Origin: Octopus sinensis
Lineage: Eukaryota
Length of the DNA stretch: 64,000 bases
Direction: 5' to 3'
NCBI RefSeq assembly: GCF_006345805.1
Contig: NC_043000.1
Location: forward strand, 23,312,001 to 23,376,000
Every line of letters starts with the position of its first letter. Position 1 is the stretch's first letter. Below the pieces are notes generated by a model. The model was given only the letters and a program-made list of their open reading frames with translations. It ran no database searches and had not been told where the DNA came from. Below, piece by piece: positions 22,843 to 36,639 of the stretch. Position numbers and translations under genes: made by a program.

Positions 22843-23437
22843 TAGCGATTTTCAAGGCAGCGGGGGTGGGAGGTAGCTGTGAGATTTGAAAAGGGGGCAT
22901 ACAAACTGGTATGTTTAGTAAAATTGTTCAAATAAACTACAGCTAGGTGTCGCTTACGAGTGACTATGGTTTGCTAACATGTAAGTTTTCGCTAAATGTG
23001 TCTCTGTAGTCTTGAGCAAACATAGACACCCTCTCAATCCTCTCGCCCTTGACCTAGTAAAACATCCCTGATATAAAAGCTGGTGAGACAGAGAAGACTG
23101 CACTATTACAAGACTTGTACTCATTTGCAGCTGGACTCAAATAATTTGAAATATATTGTTTTGTTCAATGGCATAACACGCCGCCTCGTCCGGGAATCGA
23201 ACCCACGACCTTACGATCGTGAATCCAGTACTGTAACCACCAAGCTATGCGCCTTCACTTAATAAAATTAAGATAATCGTTTTAATTTTTTTCCATCGCT
23301 ATGGAGAAGAAAGATGAAGAATTGTATGGCTGCTAACACTATTTTGTTTTCTCATTTATAAAGAAGTGGGGGTGGGAGTGGAATTTTCACCAACATGGAG
23401 AGGGGGTGGTATTTATTTGCCAGTTTGAGAATCACTG
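22843..23437. mobile_element. Non-autonomous hAT (Charlie-like) element with a nested SINE
   Basis: Termini TAGCGATTTTCAA and TTGAGAATCACTG; imperfect 8-bp flanks TATTACAT and CATTAAAC. Confidence 0.55.
23100..23258 (-). mobile_element. tRNA-derived SINE family C, 5' part
   Basis: Reverse complement has A-box-like TAGCTTGGTGG and B-box GGTTCGATTCC followed by non-tRNA body sequence. Confidence 0.75.
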
Positions 23438-26041
23438 CATTAAACAGTCTTCCAGTATACTTTCTGTTTCAATTTTATTTCTCGTTTAGTTATTCAAAAC
23501 AATAGTTAACGTGTCAACATGATACTACCAAGGAAGATAACTCCGTGTATGACGTCTTAAATATGGTAATAGCAAAGCGTCATAATATAAGCTATAAACA
23601 CGTTTTAATGCAAACAAAATATTCGTAAATACTCTAGTTAGTGTTGCTTCCAGAAGTTTGACCTTCCAGCATGGTAAAATTAAATTAGTTCTAATGTAGA
23701 TTATTATAAATCAATAGCAATGATAAACAAGCAAATATGTATGATAAAGCAAGAGTTTTTAGATAATGGTGATACATTAATGACATTTTCGAGTTCATAT
23801 ATTTAGGATATTTTATTCAAATATTCGATGGCTTATGATAAACTCCTAGAGATAAACTCCCAGTGGGCCGGTTTCGATTCCCGATTAAAGACAATAAATC
23901 CCTCTTTGATGTTAGCACTAACGCCGTAAAGTCTTAGTGAAGTACAATAGTCTAGGAATCGAGTGATGGTCAATAATCCTATTTCCCCCTCATAAAATTT
24001 TGCGACCTTGTGCCCAAGTAAAAACGAAAACCCACTTTTTAAAATGTATTTCTCCCTAAATTTTGCGAGACGAAGTGCTGGTCTCCGTGTGGCTTAATTT
24101 TTACCAAATGCTTGTCTGATCGTTAAGAACAATAAAAATGTCCTTGAAAGAAGACTTCTAAGCTATCTGCTTCATATATTGCTAGTTCCTTATCTCAAAA
24201 CTCTGAGTTCAAATCTCACAAGAATCGACTTTATATTTTTGTTCTCCCGAGATCAATAATCTAATTACAAGTAAATGCAAGAAGGTCGATTAACTCAGCT
24301 ATACCACCTACAAAAGAAATCAATATTTTAAGGATTTCTAATGTATTCACAAAATCTTTTTTCTTGTTTAAATAGGCAGTATTGCTGGCGATTATAATTT
24401 TGTATTCGCCGTTAATAAAAACTGCTGTAAAATAGTATTCATTAAGAAAATTGGTTACAATTTCGTGGTATTTTCGAAGAAGATTCAAACCTATATAATT
24501 TTTATGTGAAAATTAGTCTCTTGCTTTTGTCTTCAACAGCAGCCATTGCGTCTTACGTCATGGTTGTATGTAAGAAGCTTGTTTGAATGCATCTTGATTC
24601 TTACTGTTACCTCCTTATATGGCCGAATATGAAAAATGTCGAGATGTTTAATACCAGAAAGAGACGTTGTGAAATATTAGTAGACTACTGCTAGTCGCCC
24701 TGAATTATGGTAATTATTATATAAAATGTTTGGGTTCAGTTCTTTGGGGCTCTAATTTCAACTTTAGGATTTATCAAGTTACATTTTTCAATGACGATGG
24801 AAATATCTTCAATTTTTTTCATTCTCAAATTTACTTTACTAATTTCTTGGAGAAAAGCATGAATGCCACGAATTCTCACCTCCTGCTTCTTTATACATAG
24901 AGGCCTTGTGACTACTTGAAAAATCAATATCATTCAATAGGGCTTGAAGATGAACTTGTTTAGTGATATTTTTACGTTTGCATCCATAAATAAAGGCATT
25001 TAAAAAAAAGATGAAATTTTATTTGTCATTACTATCTTATCGTTAACAATTTTATCGAAAATCGCTAAGAATAAACCATTTTAGTATAAAATAATAGAAC
25101 AAATACATGAAGATATAACCGGCCATATTTGATAATAAAATATGCATCTAATTCAAAGTGTAATACAATTAAACTGAGATATTGTTGGGCAACTATTTAT
25201 GTTATTTCTAAAACGATAAATAGAATATATACTGTAGTTAGTTAGCATCTAGTCTTCAATTCTTTTTTTGTAAGTAGATTAAAATCTGAAAAGTGAAGAC
25301 CAGATGCTAATTGCAACGCTCCTTGTATACTAACGGCTAAATTAATTTTTGAAAAACTAGGTCACCAACAGTGGTTCAGCAACAATAAGAAGGTACAAGT
25401 ACGAAACTTGTCAGTTGTAATTATTACTAACGAATTCGATAAAAACTATTTAAGGTTAGAGAAAATGTGTTATTGAAGATATTTTGAAAGAAATTCTTAA
25501 TTAATAATTCAGAAATCTGACTCAATCGAAATCAATAATGATCTGCAGGAATCATGTCGGTTTAGTAGTAATATGAGACATTTAAGTCTCTTAAATCGCT
25601 TATTCATCAGTCAGATATAACTTGACCTACTTCGTCAGTTTCTTTCGTACAAATATATTAAAACATCGTACTAACATTGTAATATATATATAGATAACGT
25701 TCATTTTGCCCTCGCGAGGGCAAAATTTTAGAGTGATGCAGTGATCCATTTTTCTCTTAAGTTCATAAATTATGAAAAATACCCGAAGCTATGACATGCT
25801 TTAATGACAAACGTTCCCGAGTGAACAGAGAAAACTAAGATTTGAAATAAAATATCTAACGTTTCTTAAAGAGTTTTTCACCGTAGAAAAGCTAGATATT
25901 TCCTTTCTTCTGACGCTCTCACTACTAAGCTTTTGCATTAAACCATATTGGTTATTGCCAACGTTTACCTTGACTAATCTCCTTGAATTCTAATGATTAT
26001 ATTTCTGAAACCAACTTGCAATACGTAACATTAGCTGCTAC

Positions 26042-26111
26042 CTGGATAGTGTTTACTAACACCCAAATACGCCTCCACCCAATATCGCTTCTTGCATTCA
26101 TCACTTGCCAT
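26042..26111 (-). CDS. Candidate first coding exon MASDECKKRYWVEAYLGVSKHYP (phase 1), frame-compatible with exon 22420-22634
   Basis: AAATGG start context; CAG|GTAGCA donor is weak; alternatives exist (for example 24880-24898 MYKEAG with a GAG|GTGAGA donor). Confidence 0.25.
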
Positions 26112-26779
26112 TTAGAGAAGGTGAGAAGAGAGAAAAAAATATTTGTGTGAATTACATCATATACTGCAATTGGATCGAAACGTTCCATATATACTCATTT
26201 CGAACCATCAATTAGAGTTAGTCTGGTTTGGTTTGTTCTATATTTCCATAATAGCATAATTTTACAACCAGCAAATTCAAAGAAGCCCAACAAAAAAATA
26301 TTTGGACAATGTCAGGAATGTGACATAAATGGAACCGAAGACATTGTCCTCGATGACATCGTAGTGCCACTGATTTCTTTTGATTTGGCACGAAGACAAA
26401 TCCTGTAGCATGGTGGACAATTGAATTAACCCAATTATATAACTGGTATTTATAATAATAATAATTATTATTATATTTTGCCCCCCCCCCAAAAAAAAAA
26501 CCAAAACGATTGCAACTTTAAAAATGTAGAAAAATTCTAAATTGCTGCATATTTATTTTGCAACTTCAAAGAATTGCTCAGTCGCACTCTTATAAACGAG
26601 TACCAAGAAATGTAATAATATTTCCCTACTCGAGTACTTCGAAAAGTTAGCACGCGTTATTTTAATTAGTAAATAGCAATTATTAATATAAGAGATGGTT
26701 TCATTGCAGACGGGAAAGATGGAGAACAACAGGCAATAATAGAAAGAAAATCAAAGGGAAATGATGGGAAAGAGAGGAA

Positions 26780-27944
26780 GATAGTAGAAGTAAGAGTAAG
26801 CGCCATTTTTATTTTCTGGTATGGAAAACGTGCGTTGAATGAGTGTTGACGTCAGTGGGTACCACCATCATTGCAGTTCTCGTCATCAGCCGGCATGACC
26901 TACATTGTCGCTTCATAGTTTGCCTATATTGGCTAGCAAGCTGGGCAGACGATCAGCAGTGAATGAGTTAGTTAATTAAAAGAAAGATACAGTGAGTGAG
27001 CAAGCGTGCTACACACTCAAAGAATAACTGAAAGCGAGTGAGTACAAAATGCAAGGGAAATTGAGAAAGAGAGTAAATAAACAAGCGAGTTATACTGATT
27101 GACTGAAAGAGTAAATGAGTAAGAGAAGAACGAGTTGAGCGCAGCTCATTTATCCTCAACACGCAGCAGGCACTATCTATGAACACGTACTCAACCTCTC
27201 ACTACTACTTTATTCTTCCTTCCAGTTCTCATTTTTTCTGTCATTCTCACATTTCTTTCCCATTTTCTCCAATTATTGTTATGTATTAAAGTAGCTATTT
27301 GTTTATTTATTCCTTTCGCTTTAGTTGCATCAAACGTCACTCGGCGTCACGTTGGTTGGCGGCTTTCAGTAACGTTAATAAACGTCAGAATATATTAGCA
27401 TAATGGGTTAGCCTGACTGACAGTCGGGAAGTCACTACATCATAAGCATACTTATCCGGTTAACAGATATTCCCGCCTGAATTATATAAAAATATTTTTT
27501 TTTAAATAACTATTTTTGCAGAACAGACGAACAAACTCATCTTGTGAAAGCTGGAGATAAGGAATGAGAGAAAAATGTAGATCGATATTAAAATACAACG
27601 ATGGGATATATTTTCAGTTATGAATGCAGTCTTATGAAGAAAAGAAGAAATTGTTTTGTAAAATAATGGAATAATAAGAAATGACTGACATTATTAATTA
27701 ATTGCTTTGTGCTATTTGACGAGACTTGCTGACCATTCTGAGTACGATAGAGGTCATGGTAGCTGAGAGGTCAGTGTTGGGATTACCCGGATGTAAATCT
27801 ACGAAAGCCTGGGGAAGAAATGACGCCATTTTGGTTTCTGCAGAGACTTACTCTTGGCAATGGATGGTGTGCTCCAGCCGTGTTGGTATTTGGAGCGTAA
27901 GAAACGGATTTAATTGCTACCCGGATGTTTGATTCCTGATTAAT
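26780..27944. promoter_or_regulatory. Probable divergent promoter and 5' UTR region
   Basis: TE-free and CpG-retaining; full CRE TGACGTCA at 26847-26854; several CGTCA half-sites at 27330-27390; YY1-like CGCCATTTT near 26801 and 27824; TTCCCGCC near 27470. Confidence 0.55.
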
Positions 27945-27947
27945 ATG
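27945..27947 (+). CDS. Candidate start-codon-only first coding exon end of a long-intron plus-strand gene (unidentified)
   Basis: ATG immediately followed by the consensus donor GTAAGT (27948-27953) at the downstream edge of the promoter-like region; downstream DNA is CpG-depleted with mostly antisense LINEs. Confidence 0.5.
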
Positions 27948-30900
27948 GTAAGTTTTATATATTTGATTTGATTTTGGTAATTATTTTGTCGTATTCAGCC
28001 ATAATTATTGCTTACTCGAAGTCTGCGTATTGTGATTGTACGAAAGGTTTCATGCTTCGTATCGGTACCATATTATCTTCTGAATCAATGACATGTTACG
28101 AAAGGGGGTTTTGGGACAGTTCTTTTTGAAATATATCTAGCATCAATAGATATTTAAAATATAATATTTTATTGAACTTTACCATGTGTTTTTTGTTACT
28201 TCGTGTTCGTTGATGAATCCAGTGATACTTTTTGTTGAAGTCAATTGAATGTCGGCCATGTTGGGATCTGGTCATGATTATGGATCTGGGTTATCCCATG
28301 TTACCCCAGAAACCATATAAATAATTAAATCGATACATTTTTTTTTATTGATTTGATATCTCGCCCATTTTCGGCAGATTGCCAAAGATGTATATGTATA
28401 CAGCTATTGAGTATATTTACATTAGCTTGTACAAAATGTTAAAATATGGTTTCACATTTATTTCAAGACATACCTTTGCTTATGAAATTAAAACCAGTTT
28501 TACTCTATTTAGCTTAACCATAGACATTGCTAATTAAAGCCATGTAAATTATTGTTCGTCTTGGTAGCTTTGATGCACTTAATGTTACTGTTCATTTATT
28601 CGAAGCTCATGATCTTTGCGATGATCGTGTGTTTGTTTATAAATCGTACTTAAAATATAGCTAAACCTTAACCTTTATTAAATAAATTTACCTAACTATT
28701 CGATCTATTTTACTTTCTTCAATACCTATCAAGTACACATTTCCATAGTTTCGTTCTGACATTACATTAATATTCGTACTAACATTTCTATAATACACTA
28801 GTTTTATTTATGTATAATACAACCGGCAGTTTTTGATTTCTCTACTTAAAAGACACCTTTTTCGTCTTGTACCATGTTGAAGCAAAAATTACTATACTAC
28901 AAATTTGATTTTAGCAACGTAATGTAAAATTCATCTCGTTTTCATTGAGGTAAAGGTGTAGAACCTTGTGGAACACCATGCGTATTTTCATACTCTATTT
29001 GTTTGCAAGCAAAGCGATCTTTCGTTACTAACTTATATATTATTAGTATTCGTTAATTTTTTTTTTGTTTCAATGTCATTTTAGTTTTATACATTTGATA
29101 ACCAAGCGCGTATATGTTCTTCCATACTATAATGTTCATTAGGCGCTGCGTATAACATGAAAGAAATCATGAAGATTGTTTTCAGATAATAATCGTGAAC
29201 TGTTCTGTTTGGCCTTGCTATTAAGTTGAAATATGCTAGATGTCTTTATAAAACCCGATCTCTATAGTTTGTCTTGCCCATTTAGAAAAGGTCTTTGACT
29301 GATTTATTTGCTGCTCTCAAAGCGTTCTTCTTAAACTTTGGTTTAAATAAGCGTTGTTTGGTTTTTGAAGAATAGACCATCATATTTAGAATGTATTTAT
29401 TTGTTAAAGATCGTACATGAATATTGTAACTTCTGGTATTAACTAATTTGACAATATGGTGTCAGCACATCTTTAATTTTTGTTTTTCGTTTATTTGGCG
29501 CTTTAATTTATTAGGTCACTAGATCAGATAGTTTTGGTTTATGATTCTGCAATGCATATTTAGAATGTATTTTTATTACGTAGCTGTAAAGAAAATGTCT
29601 GTATTGTAGATATTTAAATTATGAGTTCTGGTTGTGATTAAAATTTCTACGTTGAGTTAGACATGCTTCACGCCAACAACCATTACCTTTTGGCTTGAGC
29701 TCTTTAAACGAATTCATTAGTTTGTCTTGATCCTGTATTATTTTCGACGAATGAAGGAAGGATGTTTACATTCTATGCTATCAACATTTTTCAGTTTTAT
29801 AACGACACTTAAGCCATTAGCTACATTTTAATTGATTTAAATAGACAAAGCCTTTTTGATTTCTGTGTTACGAACTTAAGTTTATTATTATAATAATAAT
29901 TTAATTTACATTATCGATCTTATGGACTGGATATTAGTTTATGGTTTTAGATTAGACTTACTTAGTAAATTGGAAGCATCATCTTAAATCACCCATTCCT
30001 AAGACATGCGTTGCTGTCAATATATAAATTGCTGTCTTTGACTTTATTTCTTGAAGTTGATACTGTATGCCCTATATGTTTCTCTTATAATATTCCCCGT
30101 TCTCTGCCGTTTTCGATTTCCCTTGACCATGTTTCAGAGCTATGGTGTATCACTTTATCACCACACGATTCGTCCACTAACGTGAGAAAAAACCTTGTTA
30201 GAGTAGGAATTAGCCAACTATATTGTAATTATGAAACAAACGTATGATCGAATATGTCAAAAACATACCACAGCAAAAATATTCTACGTTTTCATCTTAG
30301 GTTTTATAGCTATTGTAAATTCATTTAGACTAAAAGCACCTACAACTCGTCACACATGTTCGTCAAACGCAAGCCATATTTTGTCTTTAAAGCATTGAAT
30401 GCAGAACTAATAATCGGAACTATAATTTCGTTGTCGTCAGAAATGTTGGTTTAAAATGCATTTTAATAAAATTATAATGCTTAGTGAAATCCTTGGTAGT
30501 AATGTAATGTTATATTTACTTTCGTCTAATAGCAACATGGCTTAATCGAACTATTCAACTTTATAACTGCAACATAAACCATTTGGATTTTCATATGAAC
30601 TTGGAATTAATTAGGTCCAAATCTGATCATATTATTGGTTTCACTTGATGACATTATCTGATTTTCTGAGAAGAGCATTTGCAAATATTTCTGAGACATT
30701 GTTCAAAACTAACCCCCCTTAAGCAAAACTGTCTCTACAATGCTTACTGCTAGCTTTTACTGTATCCTATTTCATGAGTGAAACGTACATCCATGTATTC
30801 AGATTGCTTGCTTACACTTTTGAAATTTTAGTAACCCTACAGAAGTGAAAGTCAGATTGAACAGGATTTAAGTCATACAGGTCTATGGAAGTTCCTTCCA

Positions 30901-32269
30901 ACTACAGCAGTTTGACTTTTGTATATTAATTAGAAAGAATAGTTGTGAAGGTTTCTGTTTTTATGAAAATTATCTGTGGTTGTAGTGGAAATTAATTGAA
31001 ATGATAGTAAAATGGTGTTGTATATACATTTTAGACAGTAGGAAGTGATAAAAGGCATGTTTTGGTAGTATGGAAGAAACAAAGTAGCAGAAAATGGCTA
31101 GGTAAAAAGCCTGATATGATGTTTTAAGAAATATTTACAGCAATCCTGAAAGAGGTAGGAAGTGTTTGAAATTGCAAAACTGAATGATTTTTCCATGACT
31201 CAATATTTTCCAAATTGCCTGTCTTGACAACATTGTTGAGAAGCTTGGTAGGAACTTGGCTCAATCACAAATGTCCTCTCCACTAAACATCCATTTGTTA
31301 CATACAATACAAAACACAAAATAATTCTCTGCAAGCTGACTTTTAGTTACTACTCGAAATAGTTGTCTCCTTTCTTGGAACTGAATTCCTACTAAATCCT
31401 ACTATTCTGTTGTAAAAAAAAAAAGAACTAGATACAGTTCATCTGCTTACAGCTTCATTAGTTATTTTTCTCTCACTGTATCTCACTACATGTTAAAATT
31501 AATACAACTGGAGCTTAACATTGCAGTTGTCCTAGAAGAAACTTGTCACTTTCTTCTCCCAAACATTTTTTACTCTGAGCAAATTCTCACATTAGTTGGA
31601 AAGGTAGGCTATGGCTATCATAGAGAGTGTTAAGAAATGGTAAACTTATTTTTATTTGAAGGCTATATCTTTTTTAGTTATAAATTTGGAGAAAAATTGA
31701 AGAATGATAATATTCTTCATGAGCACATTGCCTACAATATGACATTCACTTGTTACCCAACAAAGATAATCACTGATGTTCTTAGTAGATACTCCTTTGT
31801 AAGTCTTCTGGAATCAGAGATTTGCATAAGCTTTAGATCATCTTGGTGTGATTCAATTATGGCACTGTATTACATCTGAGAATTTGGCATTTAAAGAAAC
31901 TTGTGATAAATGCATCATATGCTCAGAATTGAAACCACAATTCTGTCATTCTCCTTATACCTAATGTATCAAATCTACACGACCATTTGATGTCTCTTTA
32001 CTACTCTTCTATGTAGTTATAGATGAATACTTCAAGTTTTACCATTGCTCTTCGACTGTTGTAATTCACTGTCTTCAAAATATATTTGTCATATTTGTTG
32101 CTCTAGCTTCCATCCAAACTGACTGAAGATCCCAGTTTATGTCTTAAGATATTTGCTCTTTTTTGGAGAAGAATATTAAAATAACTTCACTTATTGGAAA
32201 CAAATGAAATTATATGGAAGACAAAGCATTTGCCCATCATTCAATAAAATGCTAGAAAAATTAAGTTTC

Positions 32270-32500
32270 ATTTTAAGGAATTGCTCTGCAATTCAGTGGC
32301 TCCTTTTCATTGCAATTACCCTAATATTTCACTAAAGAAATTTGTGTCACTTGTCACTTGGACATTCTCTGAACCTGAACCTGAAAGAAATTTTGCTTTG
32401 ATGGTTTAATGAATACAAGCCAATGGTAAATCATGTTAACTGATTGATGTTACTCATCATTGTGCTTATGTCAGATAATTAGATGATTGAATTGTTTCTG
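32270..32500 (+). mobile_element. Possible hAT transposase C-terminal dimerisation-domain relic
   Basis: Decayed frame YPNISLKKFVSLVTWTFSEPEPERNFALM resembles YPN...ER.FS.M. Confidence 0.3.
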
Positions 32501-33169
32501 TCTCAAGCCTCATCTGGAAAACTGAGTTTTGTTGTAAATTGATTAAACTCTAGTTCCACTGAAAACTGTTCCATTGATGATTTCAGCCCATGCAAAATCT
32601 GAGTCAGTGACTGCCTCAGTGACAAACTGTGGTTCAACATCTTAGTGAATGGATATTGAAAAGGAAATTCACACAAATTTCTTCATCTTTTGATAAAACA
32701 TCTGAAAAATGCCAGAAAAGCTAAATTTTCAAAGTGCTGGTGAATGCTATGAAATCATCATTACTACTTCCTATCCAGTTGCATTATGGTATACTTTGGT
32801 TGCTGGCCAGTAGTCGGCCATTTGCAATAAAACAGACATGTTTATATTATTACTTCAAAAACTGAATAAAATGGTTCGATTCTTGGCAACTATTTTTCAT
32901 CACAACAGTATTGATGTTTAGTAAAGAATGTAACTGAATAAGTATCTGCTGATTCTCTTGTCCAAAAACTATCAAAAACTAACTCATAAGAGGTAGGGAT
33001 AAAAATTGGAAAAAACAATCTTTTATATGTAGCAATGAGTTAACTGTACCAGGTATGACTTAACCAATCATTGGAGTGTATGTATATTTTGATTGCACAA
33101 GTTTTATCAAGCATTGTATAAATCAGTAAAAGTATATATTTTAATAACAATGACCAAGTTTTCTCGTCT

Positions 33170-35190
33170 AACTCTTGCCTGAAGTAATAATTACTTCAAA
33201 GCACACATCTCATCTTGGCTTTTTTTGTACATCTTTTTACACCACTACCATTGGTGCAAAGACTGAATTATTTACCTGATTGACACACTACCTCTCAAAA
33301 TACTCTTATCCTCTTTTCCTTCTCAAAACCCTCCCGTAACTGTCTCTAACCCATCAAATTGTTTTATCATTGTGTTAGCAATGTAATTCATTCCTCATTA
33401 CTATAACTACAATAGCCCATATCTTTTGAACCATCTAGTACTTACAGTCAGATAACTGGTCAGAGCTAACATTACCTTTGAAGGAAATCATCTGCTGTCA
33501 CTAACATGGAGTCACTTACCAAACTTTACAGTATCTGAAAGAGAGAACTATCAAGAAAGTAAAGGATATCTTGTATCACACATCCTACAAATTATCTTGC
33601 CTGACAAATTGTTTGAAAAAAAATCTCCTTCTAACTTGATAAGATTCTCCTAGATGTCAGCTCTCAATCAAGAGAGCTCTCCATTCATACAAATGAAGCA
33701 ATCACATTTTCTACCCATTTTAATTTCAATTCCACACTGCACACTTGCTCATCATTCACCAAGTGCAAATATGTTTCTGATCACTCCAACCCAGTATATT
33801 CTGACAGTGTTTCCTCTATTATTCTTTGTGTTTTTTAGCTAGCTCTAGACTCTTCAATATTTCTCTCTCTACAAGTGTATCTTAACCTAGGGAAATATGT
33901 AACACTATGTCTCATTCTAAAGATGGTTAGCTCTGAAGTTGCATCGTATGCTCACTTCTAAAAAGTGATGGAAACTAATTATCAACCATAGTTTCCATTA
34001 AGCTAATTCTACCAGTTGTCTGCTCACATTCATAATTCACCAATGATCTCATAGCTTTTGGATTTTCAGTGAGATCAATTGTTTGCCTTTGACATAAGCA
34101 AAACATTAGTTCCTGTCTGATATAAGAATCTCATGGTCATGTTGCTATGTTATCTCTTGGATTAAATTTTCTATTGGACCACTCCATCATAGCATTTGAC
34201 AGTGCTCACTCAGCTCTTTTGTATTAATTCTTCAATTTATACATTAGTATGTGATTACTTCAGCCGAAAATGGTTTCTATCTACCTCTCTTTTCTTAGAT
34301 CAGAAGCTTTCTGTCAGACTGCAATGTGTTCCAACAGAACTCTGTCTTATCTCAAGGTTTGGTAATGTCTTCCACACTCATTTATTCATTAATGACATAC
34401 TTGCAATCACTTCTAACAACAATGTTTCTTTGCCAAAGATACCAAAAGTACCAACCTTCACATCCTGCATTTAAGACATCACACACAACCTAAACACTTC
34501 ATGCTAGTCATACACTACTTCATAAAAGCAATTTATTCAATGGGTATTCAACAATATAATCTCTTTCAGTAGCTCATATTGAAAGCCCTGTCAAGAACAA
34601 AGGAAACTTGTAGTTCATTCTCTCTAGTCAGAAACAGTATGGTCTCTCATGGCAATTCTACTCGTGTAACATTATGAAAACTACATGATAAACGGTATGA
34701 TTCCTCTTTAGTGTCAAGAAATATTTCAGCCCTGACCATTTTGCAGGCCCTTTACAACATTCAAAATTCAGATTGGATTACTACTTGCATACAGTGGATC
34801 ATTCTGCTGCCATACCTTCCCCCAATCCAAGACTGCATCCAAAAGAGACCTTTGCTTAATTAGTAATTCTTCATTTATTATCGTGCTACAACCACTGGCT
34901 GACACTTATGGTTTTCTCTCTTTGTCTTTTTTTTTCATGTTACTAGAATGACCTCTGCTCTTTTGAACCAGGAAGCTGCATACTCTCACTGTACAAGTAC
35001 CCATTATCCTTACTAGTGTGCCTCCCTCTCAAGCCCTACAGGAAACACCTTACCATGTTTTCCCCCTCTTAGACTTGCATCTCCACCTATCAACATTTTC
35101 CTACAGATGTTGAATCTACAAATGTTGAGGCTGAATATCAACATCAATCTTGCCAATCTTAGTGTATTTATGAAATTCATAGACACTGCC
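33170..35190 (+). mobile_element. Highly degenerate CR1/L2-group LINE
   Basis: Scattered RT motifs AFDISK, SVLSQG, FINDIL and KKYFSP in the expected order. Confidence 0.55.
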
Positions 35191-36639
35191 TTTCCTTCCT
35201 AACTTTCACATATATATGTGTATATATATCTGGGATGGTGCTGATGTTACACAAGCAAACAAAACAGCATCCAGAAATGACCTGGCTGGTTGGCAAAGAC
35301 TCACCACAGACTCACTGATTTCTGCTTTTCTGAACAGGGGGCTTATTTATTTACACCTATCTCTTTGTTTTGTAATCCACTCAATCATTATTTCAGAACT
35401 AAATCCCTGGAATTACTTTTCTGTTCGTCTTTTACTTACAGGCATCAACTTACAGAAGTTTAAGCTGAGCTTCATTTGCATTGATTTCACCAGTTTGTGA
35501 GGGCCAGCAAAAGTTTTAGAGATTGCCCTTCCTACTCTGATTAATAATAATATATTATTTTGCTTGAAGTTGAGTCTTCAAGGAAAATTATTAGTTGGAC
35601 AGTATGACAATTAAGGATATATCGAGAAAAGCTGATGGTCCATCTGAAATTATTAGAGGGTAGCTATAACTTCATACATAGCTAATGAGATTGTGCAGAA
35701 GGATTCCATTTCTATAGTTCTCAAAAATAAGGATTATGTAACAAGGAAATATAGTTGTGTATAACATTTTTATGGACCAGATAATTTGTTCCTGATTTTT
35801 AATATTTTTGTTTCCTATAATGAACCAAATAGTGCAGGCTGTAGAAGGCTGGTAAAGATAATGTAAAAAATTATAGTTGCAGTAGGTACAATGGTGTAAT
35901 TTTTTAGATTTAGAAACATGCTAAATTTTTGTATCAACATAAGATGTATTTTTTAAAAGACTATACTTTATCTAGAAGGATCAGGATTTGAGGCTTTGTG
36001 TATGTGTTAGTCAGCTGTTTTGTATTTGAAGTGGTTTCAAAAGGCTTAATGCTCAAGGTAGCTTCTGTTTTCAGGTTGCCTGATTATCCTTGCAGAATAT
36101 AGGAACTGCATACATTTGAAATTTGAATGCATGAAAATGTACTAGTGGCCTATGGATCATTTGCTATGTAAACATGATGATAATTATCCATCTCATTTCT
36201 CCAGTATACACTATACTAATTAGCAACAGGTTACATTTTTAGATTCTTCAATAATCTCTGCTGATAGAATTTACATAAATCAAGAAATTACAAAACCATA
36301 TCTCCATTTCTCAATTTTTCTTTAACAATGTGTATTTTCCTTTCAGTACTTTTAGAAGTACATGAGACATTAATTTCAGCTTTTCATAACTTTTCATTCT
36401 TTGTGTCCAAAGAACTATTCACAAGCTGTATATTAATGACTCATTGAAGAAAAATTAAGCCAGAAAAAGAATGTTTCACATAACATGAAACACGAAAAAA
36501 TGTTTATCTGTATACCTATATTTTTTTTACAAAATCCTATCAAAATATAGTTGAAGATTCTATGTGAAGAGAGTAATTTAATAGCAGTGAGTAGAACATT
36601 TTGAAAATTGACTGATAAGAGTTTGTTAAAAGAGTAGAA

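Noticed and set aside
23185-23258. tRNA gene
   Set aside because: Has A and B boxes but no proper acceptor stem or cloverleaf and runs into SINE body sequence
24880-25080. Long minus-strand exon (NGLFLAIF...SMYKEAG)
   Set aside because: Needs a one-base change in a T8 run and still meets a stop upstream; no acceptor at that end
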